Assembly (NCBI GenBank): GCA_964400605.1 | Contig: CAYNUH010000011.1 | Coordinates: forward strand, 1,983-65,982 | From: an uncultured Acidobacteriota bacterium | Lineage (GTDB): Bacteria; Acidobacteriota; Polarisedimenticolia; JACPZX01 | Reading direction: 5' to 3' | Length of the DNA stretch: 64,000 nt | Shown: piece after piece, positions 49,886-59,175 of the stretch | Numbering within the stretch: position 1 is the first letter of the stretch | How the letters are laid out: each line of letters opens with the position of its first letter | Notes under the pieces: model-generated | Told to the model about the DNA's origin: nothing | Database searches by the model: none | The model's input: the letters and a program-made list of their open reading frames with translations, nothing else | Program-made: the position numbers and the translations under genes

Positions 49886-51684
49886 AGAAGAGAAGGCGGC
49901 GCGGCCGGAGAAGCCGGCACCGCCACGGCGGCCGCCAGGCCGCGCCGCGCGCGGCAGCGGCCGAAGGTGCCGGCGGCGGAGCCGGCGGCGCTTCGGGCGG
50001 CCCCATCCCCATCGAGGAGGCCGGAGAGGACGAAGCGCCTCCGGTGCTCGAGCTGCTTCCGGAGGCGGAAGGCACCCTCGCGGAGGCGGTCGAGAGCGTC
50101 GAGGTGGAGGCCGAGCTGGATGAGCCGGAACTGACGTCCACCCAGAGGCGGAGGCTGAAAAGAGCCGGCCCCGAGCGGATGATCGTGGTGAACGCCTCCT
50201 CCCGGGAGAGCCGGATCGCGATCCTCGAGAGGGACGTGCTGGCCGAGATCTTCATCGAGCGCGAGAGCTCCCCGGGAGTCGTGGGCAACGTTTACAAGGG
50301 GCGGGTCTCGAAGGTCCTTCCCGGCATGCAGTCGGCTTTCGTGGACATCGGCCTCGAGAGGGACGCCTTCCTGTACGTCAGTGACATCTCCCCGGGGTTC
50401 GACGACTACGAGGGCCCGCTCAACCTCGACGACGTCGAGGGAGGGGAGGAGATCAAGAAAGACGTTCCCAAGGTGGACAGGCGGGCCCCCATCCAGGACC
50501 TGCTCAAGGAGGGGCAGGAGCTCCTGGTACAGGTCACCAAGGAGGGGATCGGCACCAAGGGGGCGCGGATCACGTCCTACGTCACGATCGCGGGCCGGTT
50601 CCTGGTGCTGATGCCGCAGGTGGATCACGTGGGCGTCAGCCGCAAGATCGCGGACGCCCGCGAGCGGGCGCGCCTGAGGAAGATCGTGGAGAAGGCCCGC
50701 CAGCACGGACTGGGTTTCGTCGTGCGCACCATCGCGGAGGGCGCCGGCAAGGCCGAGGTGGAGGGAGACGTCCGGTTCCTCACCGAGATCTGGGAGGAGA
50801 CCCGCCGGCAGGCGGAGAAGAAGGGCGCCCCGGCGCTGGCGCACCGCGAGCTGGGCGTCCTCAAGCGCGTCCTGCGCGACCACTTCAACACGGCCGTGAC
50901 GAAGGTGGTCGTGGACGGCGAGAAGGCCTACCGCGATGCCGTTGAGTTCCTCAGCCGCTACGATGCCGCCGACGCCCGCAAGGTCCAGCACTACCGCGAC
51001 GAGTCGCCCGTCTTCGACAAGTACGGCGTGCAGGCGGAGCTCGACAAGGCTCTGCGCAGCAAGGTGTGGCTGAAGTCCGGCGGGTACATCGTCATCAACC
51101 AGACGGAGGCGCTGGTCGCCATAGACGTGAACACCGGGAAGTTCGTCGGCAGGCGCAACCTGGAGGATACGGTCCTAAAGACGAACCTGGAGGCGACCAC
51201 CGAGATTGTCCGGCAGCTCCGGCTGCGCGACCTGGGCGGCATCATCGTGGTGGACTTCATCGACATGGAGGACCGGAAGAACCGCCGCAAACTCACCGAG
51301 GCGTTCGAGAAGGAGCTGCTGAAGGACCGGGCGCGGACGAAGGTCCTCCAGATCAGCGATTTCGGGCTCGTGGAGATCACGAGGCAGCGCACCAAGAAGT
51401 CGCTGGAGAGGCTGCTCACGCGGTCATGCCCGTACTGCGCGGGGTCGGGCAAGGTCAAGTCCAACCCGACGATGCTCTTCGAGGTGCAGCGCGAGATCCG
51501 GCGGCTCGCCCCCAGCCTGGACGGCAAGCGGCTGGTCATCCGGGCGAACCCCGAGGTCGCCGCCGAGATGGAGGCGGAGCGGGGCATCATCCTCGAGGGC
51601 CTCGGCTCGCTGAACGGGATGGAGGTCATCATCCGCGCCGATCCCGCGCTCCATCACGAGCAGTACGACATCGTCAGCATGTAG
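49870..51684 (+). CDS. rng: Rne/Rng-family endoribonuclease (RNase G-like) with N-terminal Arg-rich/acidic extension
   Basis: GNVYKGRV..VLPGMQSAFVDIG, IDVNTG, GGIIVVDFIDM, CPYC.G.G. Confidence 0.93.
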   Translation: MPGELKKRRRRGRRSRHRHGGRQAAPRAAAAEGAGGGAGGASGGPIPIEEAGEDEAPPVLELLPEAEGTLAEAVESVEVEAELDEPELTSTQRRRLKRAGPERMIVVNASSRESRIAILERDVLAEIFIERESSPGVVGNVYKGRVSKVLPGMQSAFVDIGLERDAFLYVSDISPGFDDYEGPLNLDDVEGGEEIKKDVPKVDRRAPIQDLLKEGQELLVQVTKEGIGTKGARITSYVTIAGRFLVLMPQVDHVGVSRKIADARERARLRKIVEKARQHGLGFVVRTIAEGAGKAEVEGDVRFLTEIWEETRRQAEKKGAPALAHRELGVLKRVLRDHFNTAVTKVVVDGEKAYRDAVEFLSRYDAADARKVQHYRDESPVFDKYGVQAELDKALRSKVWLKSGGYIVINQTEALVAIDVNTGKFVGRRNLEDTVLKTNLEATTEIVRQLRLRDLGGIIVVDFIDMEDRKNRRKLTEAFEKELLKDRARTKVLQISDFGLVEITRQRTKKSLERLLTRSCPYCAGSGKVKSNPTMLFEVQREIRRLAPSLDGKRLVIRANPEVAAEMEAERGIILEGLGSLNGMEVIIRADPALHHEQYDIVSM

Positions 51685-51768
51685 GCCGGCGTGCCGTGGC
51701 CTCGGCGGGCGCGCCTCCGAGGCCCGCCCGAGCGGCCCACGCGCCCGCGACAGGGGGAGGGTCTTGAG

Positions 51769-53175
51769 GTGGCTCGCGAGAGCGTGCGCCCGTTCGTGGA
51801 ATCGTTCCGTGAGATCTTCACCCTCTCCCCGCGGGGGGTGCTCACCCTCCACAAACCCGAGTCGCTGAAGGGGGACTGCGCCGATCGTCTCGCCCGCGCG
51901 GCCGTCTTCGGAGATCCCGACGTGAAGGAGGCGGCGCTCTGGCTCATCCGCGATCTGGCGCGCCTGCGGGGGATCGTCCCGGCCTCCATCCAGCCGCTGT
52001 ACGAGGCGATGGGGCGGGGAGAGGTCGGAGGGTACACGACGCCGGCGCTGAACCTGCGCGGGATCGCGTACGACATGGCCCGCTCCGCCGCGCAGGCGAT
52101 GCTGACTCTCGACGCGGGCCCCGTGGTCTTCGAGCTGGCCCGGTCGGAGATGGGCTACGCCTTCATGGATCCCGCCGAGTACGCCGCGGTGGTCCTGGCG
52201 GCCGCGCTGCGGGAGGGGCTGACCGGCCCCCTGTTCATCCAGGGGGATCACTTCCAGGTCAATGCGAAGAAGTTCCACGCGGGAGGCGCCGCCAGGGACG
52301 CCGAGCTGCAGGCGCTGCGGGATCTGGTGGGGAAGGCCGTGCAGGCGGGCTTCTACAACATCGACATCGACGCCTCGACGCTGGTCGTGCTGGAGCGCGG
52401 AGGCGTTTTGGAGCAGCAGCGGGACAACTTCGAGGTGCAGTCCGACCTCACTGCTCTCGTCCGCGCTCTCCAGCCGGCGGACGTCACCATCTCCGTGGGC
52501 GGAGAGATCGGCGAGGTGGGCGGGAGGAACTCCACCCCTCAGGAGTTCCGCGCCTTCATGGAAGGCTTCCGCGAGGCGTTCGCCCGGCGCGGCGACGGCG
52601 CGGCGGGCCTCAGCAAGATCTCCATCCAGACGGGCACCGCGCACGGCGGCGTGCCGCTCCCCGACGGGTCCGTGGCCCGCGTGAAGATCGACTTCGAGTG
52701 CCTGCGCACGATCTCCGACATCGCGAGGCGCGAGTACGGGATGGCCGGGGCGGTCCAGCACGGAGCGAGCACGCTCCCGGCGGAGGCCTTCGGCGAGTTC
52801 CCCAAGCACGGCGCGGCGGAGGTGCACCTGGCGACCGAGTTCCAGAACATCGTCCTGGATCACCCGGAGCTCCCCCGGGAACTGCGTTCGGAAATGTACG
52901 GCTGGCTCGCGGCGAACTGCGCGGACGAGCGGAAGGGAGAGATGACCCCCGAGCAGTTCTACTACAAGACCCGCAAGAAGGCTTGGGGGCCGTTCAAGGC
53001 CCAGACGTGGGACCTGCCCGACGGTGTGCGCGCGTCCATCCGCGCGACGCTCCGGTCGAAGTTCGAGTTCCTCTTCCGGCAGCTCCGCGTCGAAGGCGGC
53101 CGGGCCACCGTGGAGCGGTTCGTCAAGCCGGCGCCCGTGCGCACGCCGCCGCCTTTATCCCTGATGGCTCCGTGA
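51769..53175 (+). CDS. fba: Class II fructose-bisphosphate aldolase (long form)
   Basis: FIQGDH, GGEIGEVG, GTAHGG, VQHGAS, HLAT motifs; GTG start after GGAGG estimated. Confidence 0.88.
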   Translation: MARESVRPFVESFREIFTLSPRGVLTLHKPESLKGDCADRLARAAVFGDPDVKEAALWLIRDLARLRGIVPASIQPLYEAMGRGEVGGYTTPALNLRGIAYDMARSAAQAMLTLDAGPVVFELARSEMGYAFMDPAEYAAVVLAAALREGLTGPLFIQGDHFQVNAKKFHAGGAARDAELQALRDLVGKAVQAGFYNIDIDASTLVVLERGGVLEQQRDNFEVQSDLTALVRALQPADVTISVGGEIGEVGGRNSTPQEFRAFMEGFREAFARRGDGAAGLSKISIQTGTAHGGVPLPDGSVARVKIDFECLRTISDIARREYGMAGAVQHGASTLPAEAFGEFPKHGAAEVHLATEFQNIVLDHPELPRELRSEMYGWLAANCADERKGEMTPEQFYYKTRKKAWGPFKAQTWDLPDGVRASIRATLRSKFEFLFRQLRVEGGRATVERFVKPAPVRTPPPLSLMAP

Positions 53176-53234
53176 CGATCCCGGTGGACTGAACCGAAGA
53201 CCATGCTTCTGGGCAGGATGCGCGTGTCTATGAC

Positions 53235-53398
53235 CACGATCGGCGGCACGGTTCGCGACCCACCTTCTCGGGGATGGCTACGACATCCGCACGCTGCAGG
53301 AACTGCTCGGCCATAGGGACGTGGCGACGACGAAGATCTACACGCCCACGTTGGACCGCGAGCGCCGCGGCGTACGGAGCCCGGCAGACCGCCTATGA
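53235..53398 (+). pseudogene. intI: 3' remnant of an integron integrase
   Basis: HDRRH, -1 frameshift, then [31 protein letters not shown]...[10 protein letters not shown]; the GYDIRT.QELLGH and GVRSP.D tail are typical of IntI. Confidence 0.85.
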
Positions 53399-53562
53399 CC
53401 GGCTTTTGGGATTACGTCAGCCCGGCAGATCAAATACCACAGCCTTACGCTGCGCCGCCATGCAGCCACCCCCCCTCGTACATCGATCCGGCTATTCGCT
53501 TACCAGGAACGTTCGACTTATAGTTAGCCGACCAGAAGGCGCGGCAATGATGAAGGAGCCAT

Positions 53563-54204
53563 GTGACCCGACCCACGCGACTTGAGCCCCGGTACGTAAA
53601 CCGACGCGCCTCGCTGCCCTACGACTTACATGTCGATGAGGTCGAAACGGCAGTGGCCGAAACGTACCGGCTCTTCCACGGCCTGAACGACTATCTCGTT
53701 GGGGCAAGATTCCATTCGCTGGAAGACCTTCTGCTCGGCAACTCGCTATCCGGGATCGTCTCCGAGTTCCTGGTGAAGAACATCGCAAGAGCGTCTACGA
53801 CGCTTGAAGCGAACCTGAAAGTCGGAGGCCACCCTGATCTTCTTCCCAAGGGGCACTACTCATCCAACCTCGTGCTGAAAGGTGAAGAGGGAATCGAAGT
53901 CAAGTCCTCGATTCAGGCTGGAGGATGGCAAGGCCACAACCCCGAAGACTGTTGGCTCATGGTGTTTCGGTACGTGGTCGGGGAGCAAGAGGATGGAGCG
54001 AAGCTGCCGCTGACATTTATCGAGATCTTGTGCGCGAAGGTCGAGCAGTCCGACTGGTCCTTCTCGGGGCGCAAAGGGGCGTCCCGCCGCACGCCTACCG
54101 CATCAATAACCGCCTCAGGCGTCGAGAAACTCCGGCGGAACTTCTTGTATCGCGTTCCGGGTGTCGGGATTGGCGCGCATCGCGATGTCCTGGCCGAGCC
54201 ATGA
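53563..54204 (+). CDS. Putative type II restriction endonuclease (PD-(D/E)xK)
   Basis: HPDL...GIEVKSS catalytic-like motif; convergent with a DNA methyltransferase. Confidence 0.7.
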   Translation: MTRPTRLEPRYVNRRASLPYDLHVDEVETAVAETYRLFHGLNDYLVGARFHSLEDLLLGNSLSGIVSEFLVKNIARASTTLEANLKVGGHPDLLPKGHYSSNLVLKGEEGIEVKSSIQAGGWQGHNPEDCWLMVFRYVVGEQEDGAKLPLTFIEILCAKVEQSDWSFSGRKGASRRTPTASITASGVEKLRRNFLYRVPGVGIGAHRDVLAEP

Positions 54205-54227
54205 GCGTTACTCAGTCGATGCGGGTG

Positions 54228-55559
54228 TCACCGGAAGAGGGTTTGTTGGCTGTGGGTTCCCGTCGTTGCGTTCCCAGCATGTCTCGCGGCCGGCTCTCCG
54301 TTGGGGACATACGCGGCCAATCGCGGAATGGCCCGTGCCGCCATTGCGAAAAACTCTGGGTCGCTCTCGATGCCAATGCTCTGGTATCCGACTGCCGCTG
54401 CCGCGGCGATCGTCGAACCGCCACCCATGAACGGATCAAGGATGACGCCTTCGCCGAGCGGAAGCGAAGCGCGCACGATCTGGCGCGTGAAGGCTTGTGG
54501 CTTAAGAGACGGGTGAGCAGCAATGTCTCGTTCCCCAGAACGGGTCGGAGAACTGCGAATCACATCGCAGAAAGGCTGATCGTCTGCAATTCGCCTGAGA
54601 CCTCCCGTCTTCCACTTCCTGAGATTGTCCTGCACGCGGCCCTCGCAGGGCCTCCTGAAGAGGCCCCACGGTTCCCAGCAAGAGCGCGGCATCACCGTCA
54701 CCTCGTCAAACTCCTGATGCGCGTTCTTGGGCCGATCACCGCCACGGAGGGTTTGAACCAAGCGAATGATCTCTCCTCGCTTCTCGAAGCCGGCTTCGAT
54801 CATGGCAATGTAGACGAGGTGAGAAAGAAGCGGGTTGGTGGCGATGAAGACGTGCCCACCCGGCACGAGGACTCGCAAGGCCCTCTCTGCCCATCGAGAA
54901 AAGAAGTGCTTCAAGTCGCGCTTTTCTTCTTCAGTAAGGACTGTGAAGCGTGGAAGCGGCCTGCGTGCACAGCCGTCGAGAGTAGGTGGAATCCTCCAGA
55001 CGCCACCTTTCCCGCGACGAAGCTTTGCCTTTTCTTTCGACGTGTACTCCTTCAAACCATAGGGGGGGTCCGTGACAATCGCCTGTACCGAATGTGGTTT
55101 CCGCTGAGCCATCCAAGCGAAGCAGTCCCCCTCGAACAACTCGTACTTCGCCGTGCGCGCAGTGTACGAGGGTTCGTTCTCGCGAACTCTCAGCGCTTCG
55201 GCATCCTTAAGCGTACTGTCGTAGGCCTGGGTCCCGAAGGACTGGCGCAACATAGTTGGTGCCTCCACCGGGTGGCTTCTCAGAATCTCACTGAGTTCGG
55301 CCGGGATGTGGCCGGCGAGGATGAGGAGCGCGTTCACGTCGGTCTCCCAAGCCCTTGCCAGCCGCTCAACCAACCCAATTGCCGGTTTCGCCTTTCCAGC
55401 TTCGAGTCGCGAGACGTACCCTTTGGTCACATGGAGGCGCTTCGCGAGCTGTTCCAGGGTCCACCCCCGGGCCTCACGCTCCGCTCGGAGGGAGGTGCCA
55501 AAATAAGGTGCCGCCGGTTGAGGAGCGAGGTCCTTGGAGACCGATCGGCGTGTCTTCAT
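54228..55559 (-). CDS. XRE-HTH fused to beta-class N4-C/N6-A DNA methyltransferase
   Basis: N-terminal HTH (LRAEREARGWTLEQLAKRLHVTKGYVSRLEAG); TDPPY precedes HPSLKP and LDPFMGGGST. Confidence 0.92.
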   Translation of the reverse strand: MKTRRSVSKDLAPQPAAPYFGTSLRAEREARGWTLEQLAKRLHVTKGYVSRLEAGKAKPAIGLVERLARAWETDVNALLILAGHIPAELSEILRSHPVEAPTMLRQSFGTQAYDSTLKDAEALRVRENEPSYTARTAKYELFEGDCFAWMAQRKPHSVQAIVTDPPYGLKEYTSKEKAKLRRGKGGVWRIPPTLDGCARRPLPRFTVLTEEEKRDLKHFFSRWAERALRVLVPGGHVFIATNPLLSHLVYIAMIEAGFEKRGEIIRLVQTLRGGDRPKNAHQEFDEVTVMPRSCWEPWGLFRRPCEGRVQDNLRKWKTGGLRRIADDQPFCDVIRSSPTRSGERDIAAHPSLKPQAFTRQIVRASLPLGEGVILDPFMGGGSTIAAAAAVGYQSIGIESDPEFFAMAARAIPRLAAYVPNGEPAARHAGNATTGTHSQQTLFR

Positions 55560-55566
55560 GGCACGC

Positions 55567-55596
55567 AAGATAGCGTTGTTTACCGATCTAGTCAAC
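55567..55596 (-). promoter_or_regulatory. Leaderless sigma70 promoter with operator-like inverted repeat
   Basis: Minus strand TTGACT-17-TATCTT ending 7 nt before the ATG; GTTTAC-N7-GTCAAC overlaps the -35. Confidence 0.7.
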
Positions 55597-55820
55597 CACT
55601 TTCCATGCGCGGCGGTCGGGTGGGATTCTCCCGTGGGAGGCTCCGAGCTGGTCGGCTCAACCGGTTGCAGCGGACGGTCCGCTGCGCGGCTCGCCGCGGC
55701 TGAGGGCGGGCGGGTCGGAAGCCAGCGAGTCACTTGCGCAGAGTACCGGAGTGGTAGGGTTTCATGCGACCTGCTCGCAGGCTGAGAGATCCCCACTACC
55801 GTGTAGATCTGAGTGTGGAA

Positions 55821-56023
55821 GGGCCCGCGGGGTGGTCGCCCGGAGCGGACGGGTGGAGGCGCCGGGGGTGCCCGTCTTGGGCGAGCGGGCCAGCCGCAGT
55901 CCGCAGCGCCGTCCGGCAGGGCTGGGCCCCCAAGGAATTCGACGGCGGCGGAGGCGGCCCGCGAGCCCTTAGACGGGCCGGCGCCGGAACAGGGAGCGCA
56001 GGGCGATGCCACCCCGCGGGCCC
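55821..56023. repeat. ~200-nt nested imperfect palindrome (rod-like hairpin)
   Basis: Arms GGGCCCGCGGGGTGG(CA)TCGCCC at both ends, plus nested pairs GGCGCCG/CGGCGCC, GCCCGTCT/AGACGGGC, GCGGGCC/GGCCCGC, TCCGC/GCGGA, CGCCGTC/GACGGCG. Confidence 0.75.
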
Positions 56024-56114
56024 CGCCGTAGCGGTGACGATCCGGACTCAAAGTGGATATGACTCAGGCTCGCGGGGAACCGTCGACCCGAGGTAGGTGG
56101 CTGGTCCGGGTTCC

Positions 56115-57716
56115 CTACGCGAACCACTCCGGCGCGGCCTCGGCGACCGCGCGCAGGAAGGCCAGCGACGACTCCGGCTCCACGGCCTCGGCCGACTTCA
56201 TATCGAGCCGGAAGCGCCCGTCGATCTCGGTGAAGTGGGAGTAATACGAGGTCGCGAACTCGTGGCGCAGCCGCCGCGCGCTCGTGGGGCTGCCGAGGGC
56301 CGCGCGCAGGGCCAGGCCCATGCCGGCGGCCGGCCGCGTCAGGATCGTCTCCATGATGGGGGTGAGCGCCGCGCGCGCTTCGACGGCGTCCGTCCGGTAG
56401 GCGAACGTGAGCCGGTGGAGGTCGGCTGCCCCCGAGGCGCCCACGAACACCACCGAGACCTCGGCGAAGTTGCCCCCCCAGAAAACGGCGTCGAGCAACG
56501 GGACGTGGATGTTGCCGGTGATGGCCGAGGCCACGAAGGCGCCGTCGGCGCCGCCGATGTCCGGGACGAGGTCCGCCGTCCCGTACACGCGCTCCGGATC
56601 GAACCCGACGGAGCGGATCGCGTCCGCCTCGCCGGGCCCGAGGTCGTACCTCTCCTCCCAGCGTGCGATCTTCTTCGCGGCGAACCGGGCCGTGGAGCGG
56701 ACGCCCAAGTAGTGGCCGGCGGCGGCGGAGGCGACGACCTCGGCCGCGCCTCCGACGTTGCCGCACACCCCGTCCAGCGGACGGCCGTTGTCGGGAAAGA
56801 CGCCCCAGCCGAGCCCGGCCGCCACGACCGGGAGCACGTCCCCGTCCGTGTCGGTGCGCACGCTGGCACCCATCTCCACCATGGCCTGCAGCGGGTGCCG
56901 CGGGCGATCGAGCGCGAAGACGTTGATCTCCTCCGTCCCGCGTGCGGCGGCGACGGCCTCCAGGATGTCCTTCAATGCGCTGTCGACGTGCACGCCGTCC
57001 ACGCCGAGGATCTGGCACTTGTTGAAGTACACGTCCGGGACGCGGTGGATTTCGGACTCGGTGATGAAGAAGAGGCTCACCGAGGAGGGGTCCGCCACCG
57101 TGCTCTTGGTGGTCCCGTCCACGGTGTCCACGGCCATCGAGTAGGTGCGGATGCCGCGCGCCGCCCGCTCGGCCCGGGTGAGAGCGGCCGACTTGGGATC
57201 GCCGAGCACCTGCCCCACGTACAGGGTCGGGTTGCCTCCCTTCTCGCCGTGCTTCAGCCTCATGCCCTCGCCGATGGCGATCTCGCACACGCCGCCGGGC
57301 AGGGCCTCGGCGAGCGCGAAGATCCCCTCGGCCATCGCGCACGTGGCCGCGCGGTCGTTGCGCTCCTTGAGCCCCTTCACGGCCCCCTGGCGCGCGCCGG
57401 GAGGGAGATCCAGAAGCGCGCCGCGCCCCGTCCCGGCCACGGCGAGCGCGGCGAGGCAGGCCGTGGCGATGAGGCGCTCGCGATGATCGGTCTCGAGGAT
57501 CCCGCGCGGCGGCGACGACGGCCGCCGCAGCCTCAGACTCCGGCAGGCGGTGAGCCGCAGGCCGTACAGATCGAGGACGGAGGCGTTGGCGCGGTTCCAC
57601 TCGAAGACCTCCTCCGGCGTGAGGAGCCGCGCCGCGCCCGAGAAGAGCCGCGAGGGGGAGAGCCTGTCGGCGGGGATCTCGACCCGCGATCCGGTGAGCC
57701 GTCCACGCCTGGTCAT
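56115..57716 (-). CDS. glpX: Divergent class II fructose-1,6-bisphosphatase with N- and C-terminal extensions
   Basis: NDRAA, IGEG, TLYVGQVLG, VDTVDGT, LDRPRH, DGDV, GGAAE motifs. Confidence 0.8.
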   Translation of the reverse strand: MTRRGRLTGSRVEIPADRLSPSRLFSGAARLLTPEEVFEWNRANASVLDLYGLRLTACRSLRLRRPSSPPRGILETDHRERLIATACLAALAVAGTGRGALLDLPPGARQGAVKGLKERNDRAATCAMAEGIFALAEALPGGVCEIAIGEGMRLKHGEKGGNPTLYVGQVLGDPKSAALTRAERAARGIRTYSMAVDTVDGTTKSTVADPSSVSLFFITESEIHRVPDVYFNKCQILGVDGVHVDSALKDILEAVAAARGTEEINVFALDRPRHPLQAMVEMGASVRTDTDGDVLPVVAAGLGWGVFPDNGRPLDGVCGNVGGAAEVVASAAAGHYLGVRSTARFAAKKIARWEERYDLGPGEADAIRSVGFDPERVYGTADLVPDIGGADGAFVASAITGNIHVPLLDAVFWGGNFAEVSVVFVGASGAADLHRLTFAYRTDAVEARAALTPIMETILTRPAAGMGLALRAALGSPTSARRLRHEFATSYYSHFTEIDGRFRLDMKSAEAVEPESSLAFLRAVAEAAPEWFA

Positions 57717-57938
57717 GAGGCCTCTCTCGTCCGGGGAGCGCCGGGGGTGAGCGCCGCCGCGCCGTGCCGTCCAGTTCGTCGTGCGAGGCCGGGATTCTAG
57801 AATGAATCGCGCCGGAATTCGACGCCGCCGGCCTGCGATCGTGGGTAGTGACTCGGTTCGCTCGCGGGGATGCCTCCGCGCGCGGGTCCAGCCGCGTAGT
57901 ACACTTCGACGTCCGCACGTTCCCCCACGGAGCCGATC

Positions 57939-59138
57939 ATGCCGACCAGGCACATAGGGATCCTGACCGGTGGCGGGGATGTCCCGGGACTGAACGCGGC
58001 GATCAAGTCCGTCTACGTCGCCGCCAGGGACCGCGGGTGGGTCAAGAGCGGCGGCCGCGACGCCCAGGTGACGGGCATCCTGCGCGGATGGAAAGGGGCG
58101 GTGCACATGAGCGCCTCCCCGGACCCGGGCGAGCCCACCCACGTCCTTCCCCTCACCGACGACTTGGTGCGCACCGTGGACCGCTACGGGGGCACTTTCC
58201 TCCACACGTCGCGCATCCGCCCCGATCGCATCGGGTTCCATGATCTGCCGCCGCGTCTGCGGGGGCGCCGCGACCGGCTGACCCGCGTGGAAGGAACGGA
58301 CGACCTCTTCGACGCCACGGACGAGGTGGTGCGCAACCTCGAGAGTCTCGGGATCGACTGCCTCGTCGCCATCGGCGGCGACGACACCCTGGGCTACGCC
58401 CACACCCTGGGGGCCCGCGGCTTCCCCGTCGTGGGCATCCCCAAGACGATGGACAACGACGTGCGGGGCACCGAGTACGCCATCGGGTTCAAGACGGCGC
58501 TCACCCGGGCCGACGAGTTCATCAACCGGCAGCGCACCCATCTCGGGTCGCACGAGACGGTGGGCGTGTTCCGCATCTTCGGAAGGAACTCGGGGTTCAC
58601 CGCTCTGGGCACGGCCATGGCCATCTCCGACATGCGGTGCGCCATCCCGGAGCATCCGTTCGATGTGGAGGCGCTTTGCCGCCTCGTGGAGGAGGACTAC
58701 TCCCGCAACGTGCACCGCTACGCGCTGGTGATCTGCTCCGAAGGGGCCGTATGGAAGGGCGGCAAGATCGAGGAGTACGGGCCGCCCGACGCCTTCGGCC
58801 ACCGCCGCAAGGCCAGCGTGGGGGAGGCCATCGCGCAGGCCGTCACCCGCTCGACGGGGCTGCCGAGCCGCACGCAGGACATCACCTATGACCTGCGCAG
58901 CGGCGATCCCGACGCCATCGACAAGATCGTCGCCAACGCCTACGGCACCCTGGCCGTGGAGCTCATCGCACAGGGCAGGACGGGACAGATGGTGTGCGTC
59001 CAGGGAGGCCGCTACACGTCCACGGACCTTCCCGACCCGGCGCTCGGGGCGCGCACCGTGGACGTCTCCGTCCATTACGACGTGGAGCGGTTCCGGCCCA
59101 AGTTCGAGAGTCTGAAGGGAACGCCGATCTTCTTCTGA
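57939..59138 (+). CDS. pfkA: PfkA-family phosphofructokinase, probably PPi-dependent
   Basis: LTGGGDVPGLN, GGTFLHTSR, IGGDDT, PKTMDND. Confidence 0.92.
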   Translation: MPTRHIGILTGGGDVPGLNAAIKSVYVAARDRGWVKSGGRDAQVTGILRGWKGAVHMSASPDPGEPTHVLPLTDDLVRTVDRYGGTFLHTSRIRPDRIGFHDLPPRLRGRRDRLTRVEGTDDLFDATDEVVRNLESLGIDCLVAIGGDDTLGYAHTLGARGFPVVGIPKTMDNDVRGTEYAIGFKTALTRADEFINRQRTHLGSHETVGVFRIFGRNSGFTALGTAMAISDMRCAIPEHPFDVEALCRLVEEDYSRNVHRYALVICSEGAVWKGGKIEEYGPPDAFGHRRKASVGEAIAQAVTRSTGLPSRTQDITYDLRSGDPDAIDKIVANAYGTLAVELIAQGRTGQMVCVQGGRYTSTDLPDPALGARTVDVSVHYDVERFRPKFESLKGTPIFF

Positions 59139-59175
59139 GGCTGTATCCTGCCGATCCTTCGGAGAGGCCTCGACG

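Larger units (their letters stand above)
53523..55730 (+). mobile_element. Integron gene cassette carrying a putative restriction-modification pair
   Basis: Left core site GTTAGCC-GACCAG (53523) is complementary to CTGGTCGGCT-CAAC (55648-55661), which begins a decayed attC-like palindrome; visibly more A/T-rich codon usage than flanks; right end approximate. Confidence 0.7.

Noticed and set aside
53274-53585. 103-aa ORF after fba
   Set aside because: Off-frame overlay of the intI remnant and the attachment region
55560-56051. N-terminal extension of the methyltransferase ORF (607 aa in the track)
   Set aside because: Runs through the promoter, attC relic and palindrome; the ATG at 55559 fits the promoter and HTH start better
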